A stretch of 63,331 nucleotides of DNA, counting the filler, from Trichomonas gallinae (taxonomy: Eukaryota): assembly GCA_008369845.1 (NCBI GenBank). It is 7 parts of 7 records of this genome, joined end to end, with 100 filler letters (N's around TTAATTAATTAA, not from the genome) between each part and the next. Parts side by side here need not be neighbours in the genome. Positions count along the whole stretch, not along the records: positions 34,658 to 62,228 come from MRSU01001221.1; positions 62,329 to 63,331 come from MRSU01001223.1; 5 more parts are not named here. One strand, given 5' to 3'. Each line of letters begins with the position of its first letter. Positions within the stretch are counted from its first letter, which is position 1. The position numbers were made by a program, and so were the translations under genes. This document shows, piece after piece, positions 54,027 to 63,331 of this stretch. Below the pieces are notes generated by a model that saw only the letters and a list, made by a program, of their open reading frames with translations, searched no databases and was not told the origin of the DNA.

Positions 54027-54803
54027 TCATGCCAGAGGATCAGATACTGGCATATTATCTTCTTCTTGTGTCGTTAAGCCACAATGATTCCAGTAAAAAG
54101 GATCAATTTTTGGACGGGTTGGAACAAAGAAGTGAAAAGGTGTCGGGAATATCTCCTTCAAGTTATTTAGGGTGCCCTTAGTGTAAATATTTGGTGGCTG
54201 GTTCTTTAAAGATTCGACAGTTGTCTCATTCTTTCCAATTCTATAGACATAAGACAGCCCAAATATCAGGAAAACGAGGCCGAATAGCAGTGACACGACA
54301 GCTTCTATCTGATTGCTTGAAAGAATAAAATGCATTATTGAAAAAATTTCGCATTGAAGGCCTCCATAGACACTGGTCAGTATAAATCCTTTCATGTTAT
54401 ATAATCCCACACAGTTTCCTATTGTTGGGCAATGATGATCAAATCGGATAACGCATTTATTGCATGTTGAGCAATGGTGAGTTCGCTGTGGCTTTGGTAG
54501 CTCGCATTTTTTGCATTTGTCAATGTTTTGTAGATCATCTGGCATGTTTTCGGATGATAAATTATTAATCAAGTATTTTTCCTTATAATAACTCTCGATA
54601 TAGCCTGGATCGAGCCAACAGCAAACAATATAAGACCAAACCCATAATGTTGCAATAACATAATAAATTGCGCTCAATATTATTGAAGCTAGGCAGTAAT
54701 GACGTACAAAATAGTAGATTTCATAGCATAGAATTCCTGACCAAAGTAATAAAATCACAATTCTAGGAATTACTAATCCAATATTAACTACAGCTAACTT
54801 CAT
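54027..54803 (-). CDS. DHHC palmitoyltransferase
   Basis: DPG, CKKCELPKPQRTHHCSTCNKCVIRFDHHCPTIGNCVG, NETTVE, and four TM helices. Confidence 0.96.
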   Translation of the reverse strand: MKLAVVNIGLVIPRIVILLLWSGILCYEIYYFVRHYCLASIILSAIYYVIATLWVWSYIVCCWLDPGYIESYYKEKYLINNLSSENMPDDLQNIDKCKKCELPKPQRTHHCSTCNKCVIRFDHHCPTIGNCVGLYNMKGFILTSVYGGLQCEIFSIMHFILSSNQIEAVVSLLFGLVFLIFGLSYVYRIGKNETTVESLKNQPPNIYTKGTLNNLKEIFPTPFHFFVPTRPKIDPFYWNHCGLTTQEEDNMPVSDPLA

Positions 54804-55072
54804 TCAGCTAAATGAAAAAGATCGATTGATAATACTATAGCATATACTGAAATATAAATATTTTTTAAACAGAAGCACTTCATTCCTTAATAAATTCTAT
54901 AATGAAAAATATATTTTGCAAAAATCATAAAATCTATCCTGAACACTTCACTCTCCAAAAATTATGAAGATTTATTTGATTATTATGAACAATACAATTG
55001 GAAATTAAAAATTCAAAAAAATATAATTTTAAATACTAAAACAAATCAATGGATAAATGGGAGTTATTGTTG

Positions 55073-56335
55073 CTAACCTTGTTCCTCATCCATTGTCTCT
55101 GTGAAATTATAGAGGAGTTCAACAGCACCAATAAAGTTGGCGACAAAAGGCTTAGCTTCTGGTTTTGTTGAAAAATCTTGCCAGTGGTGAATAAATCTAG
55201 CAATAGAAACTGCGTTGCTTGGTGGTGCCACTGAAATTAAAACAAGTAACAAAACATTCAAATGTTTTTCTGAGAGAATAGCAGCTGACTTAGAGAAATA
55301 TGATTTAAGGTGATTGCATGCCTTGTAAATATGCAGTATCAAATCAATTGGACTATACATATATTCCATATCTTGCATTAAGTTCACAGTCTTGCGTTTG
55401 AACATTGTTTTAACTAGCATTCCTTTTGTATAGTTTTTACTGATAGAATCTGGAAGCATTTCCGAGATATCTCCGATCGTTTGTTCTGCGAAATTGTGAC
55501 ATCTCTTTAAAAACTCTCCATTTGCCTTTGAAAAGCGATTTAACTCAGGATATATCGTATAGCTTTCTTCAAAAATGACTCTTACTAAGGATACATAAAG
55601 AACTAATCTTCCAACAAATTCTATATTCATTATATCAGCAAGAATCAGCTCTGTAAGCTCAGCAAGTGCTATTAAAGCTGACTTAACTTGTCCATCTGCA
55701 ATAACTCTAAATATTGGATACAACATATTTGTAAATTGAGAATGATGTAAATATATGCTCAAAGACTTGTCCAATGGAGGATAGTTAACGTATTTGTCCT
55801 GATCATCGTACTTGTAAAACGCAGCAGAAAGATTTGATTTAACATCAGCAACTAACAAAGGTAATTGGCATGTACTAATTGTAGAATCGATCTTAGCTTT
55901 TAATGAGTTCTTGTAAAAACGCAGTGTATTTAGTTTCTTGTTTTTAGAAATACGACTCTTCATATCGATAATGAATTTTTCAGTGTTAACATCTATTTGT
56001 TTTGACTTTTTAAGCTTTTTTATGAGTAGTCGAGCAATTTTTTGTGTCTCTTGTGAGTATTCTATGTATTGTTGCAATAATTTTTGAACAGCTTCTTTAC
56101 AAAAGTATCCTAGAATAAAAAGATACATATACGCTTTATCATCATAGTCTGAAGGTTCAACTGGTCTTAAAGCTGCTGACTTTTGCCTCTCACTTTCCAA
56201 TGATTCATCGATGTAATCAATATAATCGGCTAAAGCAACAATAGACTCAGATTGTTGTTTGGTAGGATCAGAAGATTTCATTTTAATTGTGTACATGGCT
56301 AGAATAGATTCATACTGTTCTTCTTCCTCAGCCAT
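55073..56335 (-). CDS. Hypothetical protein with a possible degenerate VPS9-like C-terminus
   Basis: 420-aa ORF. YSPIDLILHIYKAC..LNVLLLVLISVAPPSN..ARFI follows the VPS9 helix pattern. Confidence 0.55.
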   Translation of the reverse strand: MAEEEEQYESILAMYTIKMKSSDPTKQQSESIVALADYIDYIDESLESERQKSAALRPVEPSDYDDKAYMYLFILGYFCKEAVQKLLQQYIEYSQETQKIARLLIKKLKKSKQIDVNTEKFIIDMKSRISKNKKLNTLRFYKNSLKAKIDSTISTCQLPLLVADVKSNLSAAFYKYDDQDKYVNYPPLDKSLSIYLHHSQFTNMLYPIFRVIADGQVKSALIALAELTELILADIMNIEFVGRLVLYVSLVRVIFEESYTIYPELNRFSKANGEFLKRCHNFAEQTIGDISEMLPDSISKNYTKGMLVKTMFKRKTVNLMQDMEYMYSPIDLILHIYKACNHLKSYFSKSAAILSEKHLNVLLLVLISVAPPSNAVSIARFIHHWQDFSTKPEAKPFVANFIGAVELLYNFTETMDEEQG

Positions 56336-57029
56336 TTGTTAAAAAGAAATCTTCTATCGTTGTAATTCTAATTATTGTATATATAGTTATTTTAGATCAT
56401 TAGATTCACTTTTTATGTAGAAACTATGGCTTTTGCTTGAATATTTTGATATTGAAAAAAATATTATGAATATCTGATGATTTCTTTGAGTATTGATATA
56501 TCTATGTTACAAAATAAATCGTTTAGTAGATTGATATTAGTTCAATAGAATATTGAAGATATATATCAGATATTGTTCTTTGTGGAATGAATATTCTAAT
56601 AGAAATATGTCTACATTTTACAGCTACATATCACTGAATGATTTGGAACCAATTTTCAAAACTCATCAAAAAATAAAGATACAAAATCTAATATTTTTAT
56701 TTCTAAATTTTTAAAATTGAAATATGAAAAACGAAAATCGCAAATTTCCAAATAACTGAATCGAATTCATATTTGGATTGGAACATAGAGCACATTGCAA
56801 AGTTAAAAATATAACACAAAAAAATGTTTCTCGAATTTGATTGTAGAAATCAAAATAAATAATAAATAGAAATGTTTATTTGGATCTATTTGACACATCC
56901 ACATTAAGAAAATAAGAGAATATTAATGAATCAAAAAATTTTAATAAGTTTAACCAATATAAGAATACAAATGGTTTATTGGGCTACAAACAAGTTATTT
57001 CGGTACATTACCGAGAAAGAAAGCATATT

Positions 57030-57728
57030 TTACTCATTTTTCTCAAGAAGTTGTCTGAGCTCATTATAGTTAGAAACAATGAAGTCAGGCTTTGCTTGAG
57101 ACTTTTCCAAAGCACTCCTCTTTGGATCTGTACAGTACCAGCAGCACGGCAAACCAGATTTGTTCGCTCCCATGATATCGGAAGACAATGAGTCACCAAT
57201 CATGAGGATCTTTGACTTATCCTTTTCTTCTACCTTTTCCATTGCTTTTTCGAAGTAGAGTGGATGTGGTTTATTGTATCCTAATGTTTCGGAGATGAAA
57301 ACGTTTTTGACATATGGCATCAATCCAGAATGTGCCAATCTTCTTGCTTGTGTATCAGCAACGCCGTTCGTGCAAATGTAAATTGCATATTTCTGAGATA
57401 ACTCTTTAACGAGCTCAACAGCACCTGGAAGAGTAACACCATTTTCGGCAACATTGTTTTGATAGTCAACTTCGTAACTTAACGGAACATCCATATTCAG
57501 TTTCTCGAAAGTCTTTCTGAATCTGTTTGCTAATATAACATCCTTTGTAATTTTGCCTTTTTCGAAATCGGCCCAAAGCGCGTGATTGATTTCATGATAT
57601 TGGGCAAGAAATTCTTCTGTAAATTGAAGTCCATAAGCTGTAAGTGTCTTCTCCATAGCTTGTCTTTCGCAGGTCTGGAAATCTAACAATGTGTCATCAG
57701 CATCGAAGAATAATGTTGTGTATTTCAT
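57030..57728 (-). CDS. HAD hydrolase, YjjG-like pyrimidine nucleotidase
   Basis: MKYTTLFFDADDTLLDF, CTNGV, ISETLGYNKP, MIGDSLSSDIMGA. ATG at 57728. Confidence 0.93.
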   Translation of the reverse strand: MKYTTLFFDADDTLLDFQTCERQAMEKTLTAYGLQFTEEFLAQYHEINHALWADFEKGKITKDVILANRFRKTFEKLNMDVPLSYEVDYQNNVAENGVTLPGAVELVKELSQKYAIYICTNGVADTQARRLAHSGLMPYVKNVFISETLGYNKPHPLYFEKAMEKVEEKDKSKILMIGDSLSSDIMGANKSGLPCCWYCTDPKRSALEKSQAKPDFIVSNYNELRQLLEKNE

Positions 57729-58337
57729 TGATTTTATTCGACCAATAATTAATTTTGACACTTTTCACTAATTGAATCGAAATTTTGTTCTATTTTACAA
57801 AAACACATAAACACTCTTATTTTACACTTATATTCATATACTAAATGAAATAGATTCATATCTCTGTTCTCACACATATATCTTAAAGTTTTAAAAAATC
57901 ACATATATTTTCAGTAAAAAATTGAATCCATTCAAAACTAACCATGACAATGTCAGAAAATGGTACCTTAAATTATTATACAATTAAAATAGGCTATTGT
58001 AGTAATTTTTATCAATTTTGATTTGATTATTGTTTGATGCTGTAAGTATGTATATATTAATAGCAACAAAAGTATATAGAATAGATTATGGTGAATTGTC
58101 TAAAATATGTTATAAGGTGTTCGACTAACTGATTTGGGCAAATCGGATCCACATCTGACAACGGTTATGTAAACAAATTCTGCCCGAGCAAAAAAATTTT
58201 CTCTATTTTATTTGATTTTTGGGAGTTTTAGGCTATAAAGAGCCAAAATAACAAATAAAATCGAAGAGAAAATTTACAATCACTTTTTCTAAAAACCACC
58301 AATATTGAGGGAGAAATAATCGTTTTCGGCGGTACAA

Positions 58338-59429
58338 ATGCTCTCCCAAAGCTTTGCCGTAATCAATGCGTTGGAAGAAGGCAAATGTCCATATGAAATG
58401 CTAGCCGGGCTCCTGAACCGCGATGTTGACGAAGTAAAGGCTCAGTTTCAGGCTCCTGAGGAAGATATCTGGAGGCTGCTGTTCAGACTTGCTACTACTG
58501 CGGATAGGATACGACAAAGAAAGTCCCGCGAGTATTATACAGATATTGGACGCATAATAGAGCTCATCGATAAAGCAAATAAGATAGTTATCTTATTAGG
58601 GGCGGGTGGATCTGTCGGACCAGACTTTAGATCGCCCGGAGGCCTCTACGATTCCATCGCAAAGGATGGCGTCTTTGATGATCCTTGCAACGTCTTCGAT
58701 TTGAAGTACTTCCAGCAAGATCCATCAATTTTTTGGAGATATGCACATACAATATTTCCAGCGAAGAACCCAGAACACTCTGGTTCCCACTATTTTATAG
58801 AAATGCTAGAACAGAAAGGTAAACTTTTGCGAGTTTATTCTCAGAACGTGGACACACTTGAAAAAGGTCTCCCAGACGAGAAATTGGTCTGTGTCCACGG
58901 ATCATGGAGAGATTGCCACTGCATGCAATGCGGACACCTCCATTCAATAGAAGACCTGCGCCCAAGCGTTGAGCAGCGCACTGTTCCACTCTGCCAGATG
59001 TGCAGTGGACAAATAAAGCCAGGAATCGTATTCTTTGGGCAGCCAACAAATCTTGATGAAAAGCAGGTTTGCTCTGATGCTCGAGAGGCCGATTTATTGA
59101 TTGTTATAGGAACTTCCTTAAGAGTTGCACCAATCTCAGAACTCCCAGACTTGATGTCAGATGTTCCTTCGATTTTGATAAATCGTGCTCCAGTGACAAC
59201 GAACTTTAACGCTCAGTTCCTTGGAGAATGCGATGATATCGTGCATTTGATCGAAGAAATGCTCGGATGGGCTCATTATGAAAATGTTTCTTTGAATGAT
59301 GCAGTTTTCTTCCCTCCAAACAACTTTGTTTTGGAGTCAGATAATGCATTAGGAACTCGTATCATCGAAACTTTAAGAAATAAGTTCCTTGTTACTTCTT
59401 ATACATGTGATGTTAACGATTTAGAATAA
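58338..59429 (+). CDS. Sir2-family NAD-dependent deacylase (class I-like)
   Basis: GAG..PDFRS, YSQNVDTLE, VHGSW, CxxC..CxxC, IKPGIVFFG, IGTSLRVAP, LINR. Confidence 0.95.
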   Translation: MLSQSFAVINALEEGKCPYEMLAGLLNRDVDEVKAQFQAPEEDIWRLLFRLATTADRIRQRKSREYYTDIGRIIELIDKANKIVILLGAGGSVGPDFRSPGGLYDSIAKDGVFDDPCNVFDLKYFQQDPSIFWRYAHTIFPAKNPEHSGSHYFIEMLEQKGKLLRVYSQNVDTLEKGLPDEKLVCVHGSWRDCHCMQCGHLHSIEDLRPSVEQRTVPLCQMCSGQIKPGIVFFGQPTNLDEKQVCSDAREADLLIVIGTSLRVAPISELPDLMSDVPSILINRAPVTTNFNAQFLGECDDIVHLIEEMLGWAHYENVSLNDAVFFPPNNFVLESDNALGTRIIETLRNKFLVTSYTCDVNDLE

Positions 59430-60039
59430 TAGTATATGTAAATCTATTTTTGTTGCTCGGATTATGTTAATTAAACTATTCTCTTCGATTTTTTCTCAAA
59501 CTTTCAACAATTTTTCAATTCCATTTTTTTCGTTTGAGCAAAAATGAACTATCACCACAATCATCGACAATCTTGATTAATTATTAGATTAAAAATTTTG
59601 TCCAAAAAGTTATTTTTGATTTTGAAAAATATTTTCATGGAAAAAATTATTATTAGGATATGTTTAGCATTAACAAGTTGTTAATTTTCTTATAATTAGT
59701 TATTATCTAATACCATATTGATGACTTCTGCATGAATATTGTAGGAAATTAATTTTGGTTCAACAGTTATCAATAAAATCCTAAAAATTAAATATTATTT
59801 TAACAAAGCTTTAGATTGAACTTAATATCTTAATATAAATGACGAATAATTGTAAATTTTCCATTGCATTTTAAAAATTATATCAAATTCAACACAGATA
59901 TATACTAGACTTGTTTCAAGTGTCTGATATATGAGTTCCTTAAACTTAATAAAAAAATATAAAAAAAGCCTTTTGGGACAAAAGATGTATTCATTTGCAA
60001 TGTAGATTAACTAATATTATATTTATTCAATCTATGGTT

Positions 60040-60558
60040 TCATTTGAGCCCAGCTGGAGCATAACGAACATGGATTTCTTTACCATTTAAGTTTTGGCCA
60101 TCTAATTGTTCTATTGCAGAGTCAGCCTCAGACTTATTTCTATATGTAATGAAATATATACCAGTTGCCTTACCAGTAATTGCTGTAGCTATTGCACAGT
60201 AAATAACTTCACCGTATTGCGAAAAATTACGATATATTTCATGTTCAGTGACGGATGAGTCAAATCCTTCTACAATTAACTTGTTCTCACCGCTCTGAAT
60301 AAAATCGAGAGTTTCCTCATCGCCGTATGTGAGCTTGATTTCGTTAGATTCAACTTTTGCGTAGTTAAGATCGACTATAGCCTTATGGGCTGATTCATGA
60401 TCGGAATATACGATGAAAGCTGTTTGTTCTTTATCTTTTGGCTGCGCTTCTGGAATGTGGATGAGTTTGACTTGGCCATATGCCTCGAAAATCTCACGAA
60501 GGCCCTCTTCTTTCACATCGAGAGGCAGTCCCCTCACGAAAACCCTCGTTGGCTGCAT
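60040..60558 (-). CDS. Two-RRM RNA-binding protein (PABP-like RRMs)
   Basis: VFVRGLP..FEAYGQV..AFIVY..AIVDLNY; LIVEGF..FSQYGEV..YFITY..AIEQLDG. Confidence 0.9.
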   Translation of the reverse strand: MQPTRVFVRGLPLDVKEEGLREIFEAYGQVKLIHIPEAQPKDKEQTAFIVYSDHESAHKAIVDLNYAKVESNEIKLTYGDEETLDFIQSGENKLIVEGFDSSVTEHEIYRNFSQYGEVIYCAIATAITGKATGIYFITYRNKSEADSAIEQLDGQNLNGKEIHVRYAPAGLK

Positions 60559-61325
60559 ATGTATTTGATCAGTTTTTTTACAAAAAACGATAAAGAAAAA
60601 AAAAGGACAAAATTTTTTCTGTAATTATTCTGTAATCAGCGGATTTAGCTTCTTTACAGCAAAATACAGCTATTTTATCAGTCAAAAATGAGTTATGATG
60701 CTTATTTTCATTTTCAATTTTCGTTTGTTGTGTGTTGCGCCAAGTGAGTGTTACAAATGATAGATATAGCTGTAATGTAGCCGAATACATACTCGCTCGT
60801 GTAAAGATTCATGTTTATTCAAATTTTGATTGTTTAGTTATACATTGATAAACATGAATACGTCATCACATTCTATGATATAATTCAAATATACCAATAA
60901 AATCGCTTAAAATTAAAGTCGTAATATGTTTGAAATTTTATCAAGCAAATTAAAAAATTCTACAAGATAATATGTAAATTCAAGGATAGTATGACAAAAT
61001 ATGCTAACAAAAATCATTTGAAACATAAAATAATAAAATATTTGTTAAGAAAAAAAAAAAAACATATATTTAAGAGGTTTCAACATTATATTTTTAATAA
61101 ACTTTCTCAAATAAAATTGATATCCTTCAAGCAATAGTTAGATTTAATCATTTTCAAATTTCAAAATTATCTATATAAATTCTCTCTTCACTTTGCATAA
61201 TATTAACGAACACTATAGTAGTTTCACTTTTTGCTAACAATGTTTGAATTAAAAATGTCTAGAAAAATCGAATTTTCGAAAATCGAGTTTCGTAAAATTT
61301 TGACAATCTGTCATGTAAAATTAGA

Positions 61326-62033
61326 ATGATGAGTATTGAAGAATAAACCTTACAAAATTTTTATTGATTGCCCAAAGCAGATATTGGACTATTTCACTAT
61401 CTATTATCAGATAGTGTTGCAGCATTCGGCACAATTAATGAAAGTTTTCCCTACGATGACTCACTTCGAAATATTGCTTTCATTGATAAATCATTTACGA
61501 GAATACCAGTTATAATTCCTAATAGTATAGAGTATGAAAATAAAAAATACACTGTCACAACAATCGGGGGTTATTCTTTTAGGCATTCAGAAATCACATA
61601 TCTTTTTATTCCTCGTTCTATTGTTATAATTTTCGATTATGCAGTTGATTGGGTTGGATATCTTGAAAAAATTGAATTTGAACGCGAATCAAAATTAAAA
61701 GAAATTAAAACATCTTTTCTCGTCAATTCTACAATAATTAGATTGGAAATTCCTGCGTATGTGACTTCAATAGGTGCTCAATTTTTAACATATAATACTA
61801 AAATAAGAAAAATATTCTTTTTTGGAGAAAATGAAGTAATATGTAAAACGAATCTTACTGTTTATAAGAACTTGAATGTATATGTCCATTCTTATTACAA
61901 ATCCTCAAAATTTTGCGATGTTGATGTGATTTCATGCGATGTTTTCCCTTCTCTTGCTCCTACAACATGTAACTATATGACTGGACTAGTTCATATACCT
62001 TTATTCTATTTAACAGCTATAATTTTAAATTAA
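61326..62033 (+). pseudogene. BspA-like LRR surface protein with a disrupted 5' end
   Basis: VIIP..YTVTTIGGYSFR, IPRSIVII..FERESKLKEI, IPAYVTSIG. The nearest in-frame ATGs (61326/61329) are followed by TAA and TGA before the body of the ORF. Confidence 0.6.
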
Positions 62034-62228
62034 AATTTGTAATTAAATATATAATTTTTTTTAGCGCTTGAGACTTTGGCAATTAAAACACTCTAGAGTT
62101 CTGTTTAAATTATGGAAAACTTTTATTGTATGAATATTTTTTGACATAAGTAGTATATGACGGGGGTTACTTGTCATTCTAGATATAGAGGATGTATCCC
62201 AACAACGATATTTAGACTACATATCCGA

Positions 62229-62328
62229 NNNNNNNNNNNNNNNNNNNNNNNNNNNNNNNNNNNNNNNNNNNNTTAATTAATTAANNNNNNNNNNNNNNNN
62301 NNNNNNNNNNNNNNNNNNNNNNNNNNNN
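62229..62328. other. Artificial contig linker
   Basis: N44-TTAATTAATTAA-N44. Confidence 0.99.
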
Positions 62329-62675
62329 AACACACCATCCATGACACGAAAATTTGGCTGATTTTCATCAATCGTAAATTCTTCCAAATAGTTACACCAA
62401 TCAAATGGCCCGGATGGATCAATAGTTTTTGTAGAAAAAGGAATATGAAACGACTTAATTTTTGTTTTCGTAATAATATTATTTCCAATTGTAACGATAC
62501 TATTTGGTATTTCTAGGGTTTCAAGGGATTTGTATTCTGCAAATGCTCCTTCAGCTATTTCTGTCGGACTTCCAGTGACATAAATATGCAAAGCATCGAT
62601 ATGATCAGTTTGTATAGCAATGACTGGTCCAGGTATTTGTATCGAATATGTTTTTGTTGATTCATCCCAACTCAA
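62329..62675 (-). pseudogene. BspA-like fragment (no ATG, cut by the contig end)
   Basis: TEIAEGAFAEYKSLETLEIPNSIVTIG, PFDWCNYLEEFTIDENQPNFRVMDGV. In-frame TAA two codons upstream of the TTG. Confidence 0.7.
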
Positions 62676-62832
62676 ACTTTAAATATGGTTGAGAAAATAT
62701 CTATCCTATGATTGAAGTTAAATGAAAAATTGACAAACTTACTGGAACTTATATCACTGTTTATCTTTCTTTTGGGAGAATTCAAAAAATTAACAAATAT
62801 TAACCTTATTAATATTGTCCAAAATCTGACAC

Positions 62833-62955
62833 TTGTCAAAAATTCACCAAGTTAATGTTCGGCATCTATTAGCGTAGGTGATTAGAACTGAGCTAACTTA
62901 ATAGGTAAACATGATAGTATACTATACACCCTAATAGCATGTAGAAACCAAATCT
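62833..62955 (-). repeat. Dispersed ~125-bp non-coding repeat, copy 2
   Basis: The reverse complement aligns with 7881-8006. Confidence 0.8.
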
Positions 62956-63331
62956 CAAAATAAAACATTTTTTGATAAAATGTGTTTTGACAAATAAATG
63001 TGTGTCAAATATTTTTCTATGATTTCTCAAAAGGCATATCTCAAAATTTCATAGTTACATCTTCGAGTCTTTAAACCATTTATGAGCCATATAACAAATA
63101 ATGCAACTTTTTTTTGACTATTTAGAGATGCATTTTCATAAAAGGTGTACAAAATTCGAAAATACCAGGTGAATAGCTCCAAACACTGCTGTAAATGATA
63201 GTTTTCAATATGATTTCTACATATTTATATCAAATCAAAGGGCCATCAAAAATTTTTCCGTTATTTCGCAAAAATGCTCGATTGAACAAACTTAAGTCTT
63301 TTGGTCCACACATTTTTAGCCCAGGACTTAT

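Noticed and set aside
37792..61367. Stop-codon reassignment suggested by in-frame TGA/TAA near 5' ends
   Set aside because: TAA, TAG and TGA all end intact genes here, and no conserved gene has internal stops.
2166..62328. Repeated TTAATTAATTAA palindromes in N runs, and ORFs running into them
   Set aside because: These are identical 100-nt artificial spacers. ORF-track ends with X..N or LIN are artefacts.
62878..62904. GTGATT...GCTAACTTAATAG, resembling a short trichomonad intron
   Set aside because: It lies inside the dispersed non-coding repeat with no flanking exons.

Overview
This is AT-rich eukaryotic DNA, most consistent with a trichomonad (parabasalid, Trichomonas-like) draft genome. 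The genes appear intronless and use the standard code, with TCA(C/T)(T/A) initiator-like motifs near ATGs. BspA-like, tetraspanin and auxin-efflux-carrier families are present. The window is not one locus. It is seven contigs joined by six artificial 100-nt N44-TTAATTAATTAA-N44 linkers, so gene neighbourhood across a linker means nothing. Recognisable genes include ELP3, ARPC3, an Rpn11-like MPN protein, DAG kinase, a PP1-like phosphatase, a CAMK-type kinase, a DHHC transferase, Sir2, a uridine phosphorylase, a NAPE-PLD-like hydrolase, a YjjG-like HAD, RRM/ARM/LRR/TPR proteins, several surface proteins, an intronless tRNA-Ile(UAU) and several pseudogenes. The most interesting signal is an unannotated two-hairpin H/ACA-like RNA at about 32634-32745 (minus strand). 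One of its pockets matches the SSU rRNA decoding-site sequence around the E. coli U1495 equivalent, with the canonical 14-nt spacing to an ACA. Also notable are apparent pseudo-enzymes (Rpn11 with a His-to-Lys change in the JAMM motif, a degenerate Hsp70, a VPS9-like protein), a modular poly-Ser repeat protein and several dispersed non-coding repeats. All calls come from reading the sequence by eye; no searches were run.
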